A stretch of 64,000 nucleotides of DNA from an uncultured virus (IMG/VR IMGVR_UViG_3300026472_000008) (IMGVR_UViG_3300026472_000008); one strand, 5' to 3'; positions 23,471 through 33,574 are shown, numbered from the stretch's first letter. The notes: generated from the sequence alone by a model not told the origin. Numbers and translations are program-made.

Positions 23471-23796
23471 TATAATTTGTGATTAACTTCAATATCTTGA
23501 GTTACATATAAATGAGCAACTTCAAGGTTACTAAAGATAATAGATTTTTCTCTACTTCTATGAGTAAAGTTCATCTTATTAACTCTAGTCATAAGACGAG
23601 CAATTTCAACTCTAATAGAGTTCATTTCGTCTTGAGCATCAATAGCTTCTTTAGAAGCAACAGTTTCATTATTCATATAATATGGTTTAAATAATCTACT
23701 TTCATCATTAAGCTTATTAAATACATTTTCAAAAGGTATAATATTATAAGCTTTAGGATTATAAAACATTTTTTCTAGGTCATTAAAGTCACTCAT
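23470..23796 (-). CDS. Possible Acb2/Tad1-like helical-hairpin protein
   Basis: C-terminal SREKSIIFSNLEVAHLYVTQDI resembles the SRExSLAxTxLExA-W helix of that family; sits in a sponge-gene context. Confidence 0.4.
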   Translation of the reverse strand: MSDFNDLEKMFYNPKAYNIIPFENVFNKLNDESRLFKPYYMNNETVASKEAIDAQDEMNSIRVEIARLMTRVNKMNFTHRSREKSIIFSNLEVAHLYVTQDIEVNHKL

Positions 23797-23799
23797 AAC

Positions 23800-24369
23800 T
23801 TAATATTTACCAGAAACAATATCATATATTTTATGACATATACCTATATCATAAATACCATCATGTAACTTAGTTTTATCAATTTCTATCCCTAGAAACT
23901 CAGCTACAGTACTTTGTTTGAAATTAGCCATAAGATGTCTTTTATTAGACAAATGATCAGCAGCTAAAACCATAACATCAATAACAACAGAATAGAATAT
24001 TTTATAAAAGTCAAAATTACCATTGCGAACAAACCATTTAGCAAGAAATGGAAAATCACAAACTTGACCATTATAAGCTACCATATGAAATCTATCAGAA
24101 GCATCTTTAAAATCAGTATATTTAGCAAGCATTTCAAATAGTAATTTAGAAACTTCTTGCATAGTAGGATAAGCATATATTTGTTGATAAGTTACTTGAC
24201 AAACATCTAAAGCATCCTGAGCAACAAAAGCAGATGGGTGAGGACGTACTTTAAAGTCGAATTCTTCTTTAACTTCACCATCTATAATAATTTTACCACT
24301 AATCTGATGAACACCATGTTTTTCAACATTAGTTCCTGTTAGCTCTAAATCAAAGAAAAATAGTTTCAT
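23800..24369 (-). CDS. DEDDh 3'-5' exonuclease (DnaQ-like)
   Basis: FFDLELTG, AYNGQVCDFPFL, LHDGIYDI. Confidence 0.88.
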   Translation of the reverse strand: MKLFFFDLELTGTNVEKHGVHQISGKIIIDGEVKEEFDFKVRPHPSAFVAQDALDVCQVTYQQIYAYPTMQEVSKLLFEMLAKYTDFKDASDRFHMVAYNGQVCDFPFLAKWFVRNGNFDFYKIFYSVVIDVMVLAADHLSNKRHLMANFKQSTVAEFLGIEIDKTKLHDGIYDIGICHKIYDIVSGKY

Positions 24370-24372
24370 AGC

Positions 24373-24654
24373 TTACTTACAAAGTTTAGTATATTCAGCA
24401 AATATAAAACTTAGTTCTTCTTCACTAAGTATCATACTACCAGTAGTACCTATAAGTCTAAAATTACTAGACTTACCATCATGATTACGTTTAAACAAAA
24501 ATTCCTGAGCAGAAATAAGAATAATTTCTCCATCTTTAATAACTTCAATACGATCTTCTTTATCAGAAGTATTAACAGAAATAGTTGTCTTTCCTGTTCC
24601 CTCTACAGGCAAGGTTTTACTATCTTTACTTTTACCCAATCCAAATAAGTTCAT
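24373..24654 (-). CDS. Hypothetical protein
   Basis: Operon-packed ORF. Confidence 0.55.
   Translation of the reverse strand: MNLFGLGKSKDSKTLPVEGTGKTTISVNTSDKEDRIEVIKDGEIILISAQEFLFKRNHDGKSSNFRLIGTTGSMILSEEELSFIFAEYTKLCK
24594..24614 (+). repeat. Dispersed motif copy 7
   Basis: CTGTTCCCTCTACAGGCAAGG. Confidence 0.95.
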
Positions 24655-25145
24655 TATAAACCTCCTTTAATAAACGATAAATCAGCAGGACTATATCCAA
24701 CAGACTTCATAGTTTTATCGTCAGAATCACGAACAACTATATAAACTTCTTTATAACCTTTTGTATCAAAATCATAAACTTCTTTAGAAAAATATCTACA
24801 AGGGCCATTCTTTTCAGAATGAAATTCAGCAGTAACTTTAGCTTGTTCAATAGTCTCACAAGCTTTGCTCATATTAGAACGTTGAACTTCAGCAAAAACT
24901 TTAGGAAATAAATTCCCTAATCCAAACTCATGAATAGCTCCAGCAAGAACATATTGTATATCTGCTAAAGCATCAGCAACTTCTACAATATCTCCAGCTT
25001 CAGCGGCTATTTTAAGTTCTTTAAGTTCTTCTTGTAGCAAATTAATCCTTAATTCTACTCTTTTAGCAGAAGGAATAGTAGGAGTTTCAAGAACAGGATG
25101 ATCAAATAGCTTGTGAAATTGTTTTACATCTTCAAGTGCATTCAT
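24654..25145 (-). CDS. MazG-like / PRA-PH family NTP pyrophosphohydrolase
   Basis: LLQEELKEL...EVADALADIQYV...EVQRSNMSK. Confidence 0.88.
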   Translation of the reverse strand: MNALEDVKQFHKLFDHPVLETPTIPSAKRVELRINLLQEELKELKIAAEAGDIVEVADALADIQYVLAGAIHEFGLGNLFPKVFAEVQRSNMSKACETIEQAKVTAEFHSEKNGPCRYFSKEVYDFDTKGYKEVYIVVRDSDDKTMKSVGYSPADLSFIKGGL

Positions 25146-25154
25146 ATTTATATA

Positions 25155-26189
25155 TTAAAAAGTAAGTATTAGATTAGCAGAAGACTCAATCTTATTAGCC
25201 TTATCTCCGTATAGTAAACTATCCATACGTTTAAGACCAATAGCTTCATCTATATTAGAATAATAACCAGTAATAGCATTAAACACTCCCCAACCAGTTC
25301 CAAGAATTTCTCTTTGAGCAGGACCGTTGTGATAATAATTATTAATCTTATTAAGAGTATTTACTTTCTTCATACTTATACCAGCATCTTCAATAGCACT
25401 CCAATTTTTAGAAACAATTTGTTCTACAGTATGACCGGTCATTTCTATAGCAGTTAATTCTGCTTGATTAAGAATAACAGAAGCAAAAGCTGTTTGAGCT
25501 TGCTTATCGTTAAATACTTTCTTATACATCTGTTCATAATAAGTAGATACATTATCAATCCTTTGTTTACAAATACCAAGAATTTCAGCACCTCTATTAA
25601 GATTATCATTAACAGATTTAGTATGACGGAAAGATATATAATTAGTAGAAGTAGCAATAGCTGCGGTAAGAGTATTCATACAATATACTCTAATTGGAGT
25701 AAGTAAAGCTTTAACTCCACCACTTCCATCATGAGTAGTAGTAAATACTAAATAGTTATCTACAGGATCTTCTCCATGAACCATAATACCTTTAGGAAGT
25801 TTAGCTGAAACAAATATACGTTCACCATTACCAAAACAACCTGCAGTTTGAAATATAGCTTTATCTTTACCAATTGCATCATCAAAGAATTTAAAAGCTT
25901 CAATGTTCTGTACAGGAGTATATCTACCTTTAACAACTCCTAATGGAGTATTATTATCAGTACGATAAATAGAATAATCATTAGGAACATCTTTATAAAA
26001 TTCACTACCACGAATAAATCCATCGTCACGAGAAGAATCATTATCAGAGGCAGGCATTTTAGCAACTAGTTCACACTTAGCAACTTCCCAATTCAACTTA
26101 GCAGCAATCATAACTTCTTCAGAAGTCTTACAATGACTAACATCATGAACACCTTTAAAAATAAAAGGAGCAGTTCTAACAATCGACAT
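25155..26189 (-). CDS. DUF932 family phage/plasmid protein
   Basis: LGVVKGRYTPVQNIEAFKFFD, TTHDGSG, TPIRVYCMNTL, WGVFNAITGY. Confidence 0.85.
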   Translation of the reverse strand: MSIVRTAPFIFKGVHDVSHCKTSEEVMIAAKLNWEVAKCELVAKMPASDNDSSRDDGFIRGSEFYKDVPNDYSIYRTDNNTPLGVVKGRYTPVQNIEAFKFFDDAIGKDKAIFQTAGCFGNGERIFVSAKLPKGIMVHGEDPVDNYLVFTTTHDGSGGVKALLTPIRVYCMNTLTAAIATSTNYISFRHTKSVNDNLNRGAEILGICKQRIDNVSTYYEQMYKKVFNDKQAQTAFASVILNQAELTAIEMTGHTVEQIVSKNWSAIEDAGISMKKVNTLNKINNYYHNGPAQREILGTGWGVFNAITGYYSNIDEAIGLKRMDSLLYGDKANKIESSANLILTF

Positions 26190-26195
26190 ATTATA

Positions 26196-26555
26196 TTATT
26201 TATTTAAATCTTTTCGTTTATCAATAACAGTTATTTTAGCAGTATATATTGTATTGCGAAATCCGTAACTATTATCCCAATCATCATCTTTTTCAGTAAT
26301 ATTAATATAAGGTTCGATTTCTTTGAGAATATCTTGTTTAATATCAACATTAGCTTTTAATACAAGATGTTCACGACTACTTATACTATTAGGTTCAATA
26401 CTATAGTCAACTCTAATATCTATAGAATTATAAGTATTAATAGGAACATTTATTTTATTAGGAAATCCTCCTCTTTTACGAACATAATTATAACACCAAT
26501 TGTATAACCACTGTTTTAATTTATCTTTTAAGTTTAACATACTTACGAATATCAT
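26196..26555 (-). CDS. Hypothetical protein
   Basis: Operon-packed ORF. Confidence 0.5.
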   Translation of the reverse strand: MIFVSMLNLKDKLKQWLYNWCYNYVRKRGGFPNKINVPINTYNSIDIRVDYSIEPNSISSREHLVLKANVDIKQDILKEIEPYINITEKDDDWDNSYGFRNTIYTAKITVIDKRKDLNK

Positions 26556-27258
26556 ATTTAATAATATCTTTATTCATTAAAATAGGAACAGTATAATTAG
26601 TCATTAGAAGTTTAAGATTAGGATCTCTAAAATCAATAGTATAAAGATCAGCTTCTTTAGTTCTAATAATACTTAAAGGTAATTCTATAGGAATAGTAAT
26701 ATCAATATTATTTTTTAATATATAATCTGGATCAATAGAACAATACATTATATATTCACCAGTCATATTACCACCTTTAGTAATAAAAATAGGAATATTA
26801 CGTAAACCTGACCATCCTAAAGGTATATTAACTTCTAGTTTAGTAATATCTATATAAAACTTTTTAGCAATAGGAGTATAAGCATTAAGATTGATAATAT
26901 TAGATATACCAGTATTGATATCAATATCTTTTCTTATATGTTCATATCTTTTATTAAATAAAACACTTTTACCTTCTCCATTATCAACATCATCAACATA
27001 AAACTCATCTTTATCAAAAGTTAAAGAAGTTAAAGGTTTACCTATAATAATATTTAGTAAAGTATTAAAATCATTAGCTATTTCTTTATGATTATGATAA
27101 TGATAATCTATATTAGCAGCAATATGAATTAACTTAGAGAATTTATCAAATGTATAATCAAGTTGAGGATCATTATCTTTAGTAGAAGCTAATATAATAT
27201 TAGCTTCTACTTTAAGTCTCTTAACGAGAACATTATCTTCATCAAATATGACAAACAT
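26521..27258 (-). CDS. Hypothetical protein, paralogous to 28095-29027
   Basis: PLTSLTFDKDEF...VLFNKRYEHIRKDI...NLNAY matches the segment in 28095-29027. Confidence 0.6.
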   Translation of the reverse strand: MFVIFDEDNVLVKRLKVEANIILASTKDNDPQLDYTFDKFSKLIHIAANIDYHYHNHKEIANDFNTLLNIIIGKPLTSLTFDKDEFYVDDVDNGEGKSVLFNKRYEHIRKDIDINTGISNIINLNAYTPIAKKFYIDITKLEVNIPLGWSGLRNIPIFITKGGNMTGEYIMYCSIDPDYILKNNIDITIPIELPLSIIRTKEADLYTIDFRDPNLKLLMTNYTVPILMNKDIIKYDIRKYVKLKR

Positions 27259-27259
27259 A

Positions 27260-28093
27260 TTATCTCATTTGTAGGCTTACACCTTTAACAATTTTAGCAA
27301 CACTAGGGTAACTAACTAAATCAGGACAATTTTCACCATCAACATTATTATTCATAATATCAACAACTTCAATTCCTTTTTTCCAATCAGTTTTACTAGT
27401 TTTAGCAACGATTTTAGTAGTAAAAGGATTCTTAGCTAAACTAATTAAACTTTCTCTACCGTCTCTAAAGAAATCATAAACACTTCTAGTATTATTAATT
27501 TCAATAGTAAGATTAGTTAAATCACTTAAAGTGAAAGGGATAAAATGTTTAACACCATTTAATCCTAAATCTTCAACACTATTAGCTTCAAATTCAGCTT
27601 TAACATTAGCATTAATAGAATCTAATATACCTTGTAATTCAACATCTTGAGCAGTGTACAATACACCATTGTCAACAAGTTCAGATACATATCTGTTAAG
27701 TTCATTCATTAATAGATTAATACGAACATCATCTATTTCAGCAGATGGAGTAGTTTTTGTAAACAACTTAATAGTAGGAAGATCAATAACTTTATTTCCG
27801 GACTTACCATCCATACCAAATAAAGTAACAGCTTGAAGCATAGCTGTCTTCAATCGATCAATACGATTTTGTTTAACTAACTTATTAGCATTGAGGCGTT
27901 TAACTTCAGACTCAACTGAAGCAACATCTCCCTCCCAAGAACGAATAGCTTTAACATAATCACTAAGCTTCTCTTTAAGATTGTCTTGTGTAAGATCAAG
28001 TTTAGCAGCTAATTCAGGAGACAATTCTCCTTCATTTTCTTCAATTTCAGCAAATATTGCTAAAAGTTCATTTTCAATATTATATAACGACAT
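27260..28093 (-). CDS. Siphovirus Gp157-family protein
   Basis: MSLYNIENELLAIFAEIEENEGELSPEL, then coiled coil EVKRL...IDRLK. Confidence 0.7.
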   Translation of the reverse strand: MSLYNIENELLAIFAEIEENEGELSPELAAKLDLTQDNLKEKLSDYVKAIRSWEGDVASVESEVKRLNANKLVKQNRIDRLKTAMLQAVTLFGMDGKSGNKVIDLPTIKLFTKTTPSAEIDDVRINLLMNELNRYVSELVDNGVLYTAQDVELQGILDSINANVKAEFEANSVEDLGLNGVKHFIPFTLSDLTNLTIEINNTRSVYDFFRDGRESLISLAKNPFTTKIVAKTSKTDWKKGIEVVDIMNNNVDGENCPDLVSYPSVAKIVKGVSLQMR

Positions 28094-28094
28094 A

Positions 28095-29027
28095 TTAATA
28101 TCCGTAAGATTGAGTAATTTCAGTAATATGTTTACCTTTAATTTGATTAACAGTAAACCAATTTATTTTATAATGATGATCAAGAGTATTAAGTAACTCA
28201 TTGTTACCAGAAACAAAATAAAGCCAATAATCTTTAGTAACTTCTACCTGAGTAGCAGGTATTCTAATTTTACGTTCAACAAAACGTCCTTTAGCAACAT
28301 CATTGTCACTGAAATAGCAACGCCTAAAAGCTCTACCTGTAGCAACATTTCTTCTCATTTCAAAGACTATTCCTACAGACATTCCAATATCAGGAATTTT
28401 AACTATTTCATTACTACCTAAATACTTAGATTGAATTACTTTAAGTCCAAAAGCATTAGCATTATAAATGCCATAAATATCTTTATGAATACTTCTATTT
28501 CTAATATTAACCAGAACATTAGATTTAGTACTAAAAGAATCTTTAACAAATTCATCAGCTTTAAAAGTAAGAGGAGATATAATATCATATCTAGCAATCT
28601 TACTAAATAAAGCTATAATATAAGGATCATCATTTCTATATTTATTAGTATAACTACAAAATACAGAAATTAACTCAATAAGATCTTTAGCCATCGAAGG
28701 ATTAATATTATGATTACTATCCTTAACAGAATTAGCTATTTCAATCTCATTTAAAGCATGCATAACTCTAGGATTTTTCCTATTAATATAGGTTATCATA
28801 GAAATTAGACTAGGAATATCTGATTTAACAATATTAAATTCAGTAGCAGGCCTTTTACCAGTAAATATATAAGAAATAGCATGTTTAACACGATCAATAA
28901 AGTTTTCTTTATATAATCTACTATCTCTTACAATTACTTTGAAATAATCTTCATTTTCAACACCAACTATCTTTAGAAAATAGTCCTTATTAATACTATG
29001 TTTATCAAGTATAGAATCTAATTCCAT
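28095..29027 (-). CDS. Hypothetical protein, paralogous to 26521-27258
   Basis: IISPLTFKADEF...VLVNIRNRSIHKDI...NANAF. Confidence 0.6.
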   Translation of the reverse strand: MELDSILDKHSINKDYFLKIVGVENEDYFKVIVRDSRLYKENFIDRVKHAISYIFTGKRPATEFNIVKSDIPSLISMITYINRKNPRVMHALNEIEIANSVKDSNHNINPSMAKDLIELISVFCSYTNKYRNDDPYIIALFSKIARYDIISPLTFKADEFVKDSFSTKSNVLVNIRNRSIHKDIYGIYNANAFGLKVIQSKYLGSNEIVKIPDIGMSVGIVFEMRRNVATGRAFRRCYFSDNDVAKGRFVERKIRIPATQVEVTKDYWLYFVSGNNELLNTLDHHYKINWFTVNQIKGKHITEITQSYGY

Positions 29028-29207
29028 CTAATTATATGTAGGGTCAACAGTTTTAACTCTAGTACCTTTAATACGGCCACAATTAACACATCTATTAACT
29101 ATAACCAGACCAACAGTCTTATCTTTAAGATCAGTTAGAGGTATTTCTTTAAGAATATCATCAGCATGTAAACCAATGAAACAACGAGACTTTCTTTCTC
29201 CGTTCAT
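29028..29207 (-). CDS. Small Zn-binding-like protein (59 aa, not in the ORF track)
   Basis: MNGERKSRCFIGLH...RCVNCGRIK; its stop codon abuts the next ATG. Confidence 0.55.
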   Translation of the reverse strand: MNGERKSRCFIGLHADDILKEIPLTDLKDKTVGLVIVNRCVNCGRIKGTRVKTVDPTYN

Positions 29208-29217
29208 AACAGTATAT

Positions 29218-29535
29218 TTAATTATTTGTTTTAATTAATTTAATCTTTATTCCAAACTTATTATAAAGTCTAGAACTAGAAATATTAGTAGCAACTTTAC
29301 GTTTATAAGTTTTACAACATTGATCACAAACACCAACTTCCCATACATTATAAACTAATTTAAAACCTCTATGATTCTTATATCCTCCAATAACAATATA
29401 TTTAGATTTAACTAAATAATCAGCATCATGAGAATAACATAAATGAATATGATCTTTAAAAGTCTTTTTCTTAGCAAATAGATTCTTTAAGAATAGTATA
29501 ATTCTAACCATTATTATACATAGTTTGAACAACAT
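29218..29535 (-). CDS. Small hypothetical protein with CxxC (start uncertain)
   Basis: LCYSH...VCDQCC. Confidence 0.5.
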   Translation of the reverse strand: MLFKLCIIMVRIILFLKNLFAKKKTFKDHIHLCYSHDADYLVKSKYIVIGGYKNHRGFKLVYNVWEVGVCDQCCKTYKRKVATNISSSRLYNKFGIKIKLIKTNN

Positions 29536-30244
29536 TTAAAGCTTTATAGAAAAGCTTAAGCATAGTACCATTATTATCAATATTAACAGTACAAGAAAAA
29601 TCCATAGTTTCACTGGCGTGATCGTCACGATTGGGAAGATTCCTAGAGATCATTATATCTTGCCCGTAGAGAGAATGTCCACATACAGCAGCATGCTCAT
29701 CACTAAACCTCATATCAGGAATAATACAAATCTTATGTTTCTCAGCAATATCAGCGGCTTTACTAATAGTAGACATAACCCATAGTAGTTTATGAAGCAT
29801 ATTCTTACCAATTTCAGTACCAACATATTGCATAAGAGTACGAAGTTTAATAACAACTACAAGATGAGAGTGTTGCTCTATTAATTCACTTAAAGTAAAA
29901 TGTTTAAGAAGATCTATTGTAATAATATAAGTATGACCTAATCTAACGTCTCCTTCTTTAATAAATCTTTTACCACTAATACTCCAATACATATCATCTT
30001 TATGTTCTCTACTATCAAAGTATTTTCTAGGAATACCAAACATAATAGAAAGACAATCTTTCAAAGGATCAGCAAAATGAGTAATACGTTCAGCATATTT
30101 AATATCATATTTTAGTCTATTTAAAGACCAATCTTTATAATCAGCTGATGTAATACCTTTAGCAACAATGTAATTAATCATAGAAGCAAAAGTATCTTTA
30201 CCAGATCCTTTAACTCCACCAATACCAATAATATAACTTTTCAT
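29504..30244 (-). CDS. Deoxynucleoside monophosphate kinase (T4 gp1-like)
   Basis: GIGGVKGSGKDT P-loop, HFADPLKD, RTLMQYVGTE, IPDMRF. Confidence 0.85.
   Translation of the reverse strand: MKSYIIGIGGVKGSGKDTFASMINYIVAKGITSADYKDWSLNRLKYDIKYAERITHFADPLKDCLSIMFGIPRKYFDSREHKDDMYWSISGKRFIKEGDVRLGHTYIITIDLLKHFTLSELIEQHSHLVVVIKLRTLMQYVGTEIGKNMLHKLLWVMSTISKAADIAEKHKICIIPDMRFSDEHAAVCGHSLYGQDIMISRNLPNRDDHASETMDFSCTVNIDNNGTMLKLFYKALNVVQTMYNNG
29659..29675 (-). repeat. Dispersed motif copy 8 (two transitions)
   Basis: rc TTCTCTCTACGGGCAAG. Confidence 0.7.
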
Positions 30245-30250
30245 AATAAT

Positions 30251-30493
30251 TTAAGGTTGTTCAAGATTAGCATCAAGCATAGCAATAGCAAATTCAATCT
30301 GTTTATCTATAGATTTATGAACATCTTTAACGATTTGTTCATTAATATCTTGTTTCCAAGGTATATCAGTATCGATAAAATGTATACTATTCTTAAGATG
30401 TTTAAGATAGATTATAAGTTCGGAGATAGAAATACATCTATCTCTACGATTAGGATTAGTTTCAATAGCAGATAGAATATCAGTTATATCCAT
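30251..30493 (-). CDS. Hypothetical protein
   Basis: Operon-packed ORF. Confidence 0.5.
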   Translation of the reverse strand: MDITDILSAIETNPNRRDRCISISELIIYLKHLKNSIHFIDTDIPWKQDINEQIVKDVHKSIDKQIEFAIAMLDANLEQP

Positions 30494-30741
30494 ATAATTA
30501 ATTTATAATGTAAGATACGAAAATAATTAACTTTTTAAACCCAAAAATAATATTAATTATTATGAGACGATTTAAGCCTGTTTAAGCTAGGTTTTAGTAA
30601 TCTGATATAATCTATCACATACTATAACATAATAGCACAGACAGCCACATTCAGCTATATACGAGCAAATCAATGCCATTCGATCACCTGCCGGAGCAAA
30701 CCAGTGAAGCTACCAATAGTAACTCCACTAGTTATAGCATA

Positions 30742-31089
30742 CTAAGTAACCCTATAAACATCATAATAATCAGTACTTTCTATGTAATCTACAATTAAAT
30801 TACCACGCTCCTTACTTTCATTAGCAATATAAGTAAGCAATTCACCTCTAATTCTTATCTGTACTCTACTATAAGTATCAGTACTACATAGTCTGCAATT
30901 AACATCAAACTTATCTTTAGATAGAAGTAGAAAGTATTCTATACCTTTATCTTTACTAAAACTAGTAACAGCAACATAATGTCTATAAGATGATTTTAAT
31001 GGGATATAAAAAATGCCCTTCTTCTCATCGAAAAAGGGCAGCTTATTATCCTTAACTGGGTCTAGTACATTATAATGAAATAGACTCAT
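30742..31089 (-). CDS. Hypothetical protein
   Basis: ORF directly downstream of the ligase. Confidence 0.55.
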   Translation of the reverse strand: MSLFHYNVLDPVKDNKLPFFDEKKGIFYIPLKSSYRHYVAVTSFSKDKGIEYFLLLSKDKFDVNCRLCSTDTYSRVQIRIRGELLTYIANESKERGNLIVDYIESTDYYDVYRVT

Positions 31090-31101
31090 AGTTTTATTAT
31101 T

Positions 31102-32316
31102 TTAATCTTCAATAAAAGTAACAGTTTTAATATGGAAAGGAACTTGTTCCACTCCACTACGTTCACCGTATTCAACTACAACAGTTCTTCCAATATATTC
31201 TTCTTTTCTTTTAAGAATAGATTTTTGATAATCAAAAGAACCATTAATATGACACTTAAATATAGAATTATTAATGTCATTTCTAACAAGTAATAAAGGA
31301 ATATCAGGTCTAGCATCACCTTCAGGAATAATATCTACAACTTTAAACTTACCATCAGTAGTAGCTTTATGTTTAATCATAGAACTATTACGTTTACCAA
31401 ATTGATATTCCTTTTTAGGATCACGATAAACACCTCCTTCAAACTTCATCTTTATACACCAATCTCTAAACCTAATAGCATTAGAATGACTCATTATAGT
31501 ATAATCAGGAACTCGAACAAGTCTATTAGTATTTTCAGTATGATCAGTTTCAAACAATAGTACAATTTGATTTTTAGACATATATTCGTCTAATAGTTCA
31601 AGACGTTTTTCTTGAAGCATATCAGGAATAGCAATATCATAACACCAAAACTGTAAAAGTTTATTCTCTGGAGCTTTAGGATCTTTAGCAAAACTATTAA
31701 TAGTAGTAACAGGATAACCATATAGATAAATCTCTCCATCAAGAATATAATCTTCATTTACCATTTTGTTTAGTAAATCAGGATGTAATTCTTTAAGTAA
31801 ATAATCTTCTAAGTCACTAAGACTATCCCAATAAGTTGCTTCGCGAGATTGAAATGTTAATCTGATAGGTCTAAATAAATCAGCATTATTTATTTTAGCT
31901 CCAATACCACAACGTAAACCATTAAGCTTAGGTTGACCTATACGTTTAGGAGTTTTTTCAAATACACCATTATCATAAGTTTTGGCAAGCATATGAAGCA
32001 TAGTTCCAGCAGAATTACTTCTATCACGTTCAAGATAGGTATCGAGGAAGATCAATATATCCAATTCCTCTACAGGCAAGGGAGTATTATCTTTAACCTC
32101 TGATAGATACTTATATCCAGTCTTACGTTTAGCTGCAATTCTAGACTTTAATTCAGCATGAGAATCTCTGCTTGTAGTAACATTTTCAACAGTAATAGTT
32201 TTATTCATAATACCATGATTTAATTCAATAGTATTATTGTCAATAACTCTAGGATACCATACACAAACTTTACCTTGGTTATTTCTCCTATATAAAGCAG
32301 AAGTATAATTAATCAT
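31102..32316 (-). CDS. ATP-dependent DNA ligase
   Basis: QPKLNGLRC (motif I), LDGEIY, FWCYD, FEGGVYR, SMIKHK. Confidence 0.9.
   Translation of the reverse strand: MINYTSALYRRNNQGKVCVWYPRVIDNNTIELNHGIMNKTITVENVTTSRDSHAELKSRIAAKRKTGYKYLSEVKDNTPLPVEELDILIFLDTYLERDRSNSAGTMLHMLAKTYDNGVFEKTPKRIGQPKLNGLRCGIGAKINNADLFRPIRLTFQSREATYWDSLSDLEDYLLKELHPDLLNKMVNEDYILDGEIYLYGYPVTTINSFAKDPKAPENKLLQFWCYDIAIPDMLQEKRLELLDEYMSKNQIVLLFETDHTENTNRLVRVPDYTIMSHSNAIRFRDWCIKMKFEGGVYRDPKKEYQFGKRNSSMIKHKATTDGKFKVVDIIPEGDARPDIPLLLVRNDINNSIFKCHINGSFDYQKSILKRKEEYIGRTVVVEYGERSGVEQVPFHIKTVTFIED
32057..32082 (+). repeat. Dispersed motif copy 9
   Basis: ATATCCAATTCCTCTACAGGCAAGGG. Confidence 0.95.
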
Positions 32317-32969
32317 GTTTTCTTCTTTAAAGTAAATTGCATAGCAGCCATTGGTACTCCTACAACTTTGGTTTCTTTAACTTTCTTTTTAGGAGCATTT
32401 AATTCCTCTAATAAATCAGGATTATCACTTTGTATAATTTCACCAGTTTTACTATTAGAATAAATATAAACTTCCTTATCACTAAACATATCTTTAGTAA
32501 CCTGTTTAACAAAACCTTTAGGTCTAGCTTTCATCTTAGCAAAATCTCTAGACTTACTTTTAGGTTGTTTAACAGGTTCTTCGACAATAGGATTATCTAA
32601 TTCAAATTGAATATTATTAGTATGAATATCGCATAGTGCTTCAAATGAATTATTATAAAGATCTTGATCTTCTATATGGAGCATATAATAATAACATAAT
32701 GATATATCATGATTATAAGTCATATTAGTAGTACTAATTAATCTTTTACCTCCCCATTCTACAGAAACATCTAATCTAGTAAATATTTCATTAAGAATAT
32801 ACATAATATCAACATCTCCATCATAAGGGATAAAACTCTTCCATAGACGATAATCAACATCAGGATATTTAATAGTAAAACTGCAATTACTTAATTCTAC
32901 AATTAAATCTTTAACATCTTTCATAGTCACTATCATAATATTCAATATCAGCATCTTTATAATAATCAT
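32313..32969 (-). CDS. Hypothetical protein (true start probably MKDVK near 32924)
   Basis: ORF in the replication operon. Confidence 0.55.
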   Translation of the reverse strand: MIIIKMLILNIMIVTMKDVKDLIVELSNCSFTIKYPDVDYRLWKSFIPYDGDVDIMYILNEIFTRLDVSVEWGGKRLISTTNMTYNHDISLCYYYMLHIEDQDLYNNSFEALCDIHTNNIQFELDNPIVEEPVKQPKSKSRDFAKMKARPKGFVKQVTKDMFSDKEVYIYSNSKTGEIIQSDNPDLLEELNAPKKKVKETKVVGVPMAAMQFTLKKKT

Positions 32970-33174
32970 AAATGATTATTAACATGTGTTTGTCACTAGT
33001 AATATTATCTCTAACAAGTTCATCGTAAATATTCTTAAGTTCTTCAAAACTATTACTAGTATTGATTAATCTTTTATTATCTACTTCAACTGTTAGTTTG
33101 TATCTTTCAGTAGTCTCAACTAAAAAATCAATATTGGAAGAATCTGAGTTCATCATATGAAGCATTACGTACAA
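32911..33174 (-). CDS. Hypothetical protein
   Basis: ORF in the replication operon. Confidence 0.45.
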   Translation of the reverse strand: MYVMLHMMNSDSSNIDFLVETTERYKLTVEVDNKRLINTSNSFEELKNIYDELVRDNITSDKHMLIIIYDYYKDADIEYYDSDYERC

Positions 33175-33574
33175 CCACTTTATTAGGCTTACCTAATAGT
33201 ACATGATTATACTTGAACCAAAGTAATGGATCGATACACGGTCCCCAAAGACTTTGAGGTTCGTATTCAACACCGTTAAAAATATTAGATTGTTCATAAG
33301 TACCAGACTCATAATCAAAATTACTATAAACCATACCAAGATGATCAGCTTGAATTATATTATAATTTCGAATATGATCAATATCATCTTTCTTAGTAAG
33401 ATCAATATCACCATAGAAGTAGATATGACGTTTATCAGACTGTTTATCATATCTCTTTTCACGATCTGCATCAATAGCTTCCATGATAATAGCATTACCA
33501 TTAGAACGGGACAGTATCACCCTCTTCCGAATCCCCAGTAAGTTTATAGTGCTTACGGACAATTTCTTTTTCAT
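33128..33574 (-). CDS. Hypothetical protein
   Basis: ORF overlapping the primase 3' end. Confidence 0.55.
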   Translation of the reverse strand: MKKKLSVSTINLLGIRKRVILSRSNGNAIIMEAIDADREKRYDKQSDKRHIYFYGDIDLTKKDDIDHIRNYNIIQADHLGMVYSNFDYESGTYEQSNIFNGVEYEPQSLWGPCIDPLLWFKYNHVLLGKPNKVVVRNASYDELRFFQY

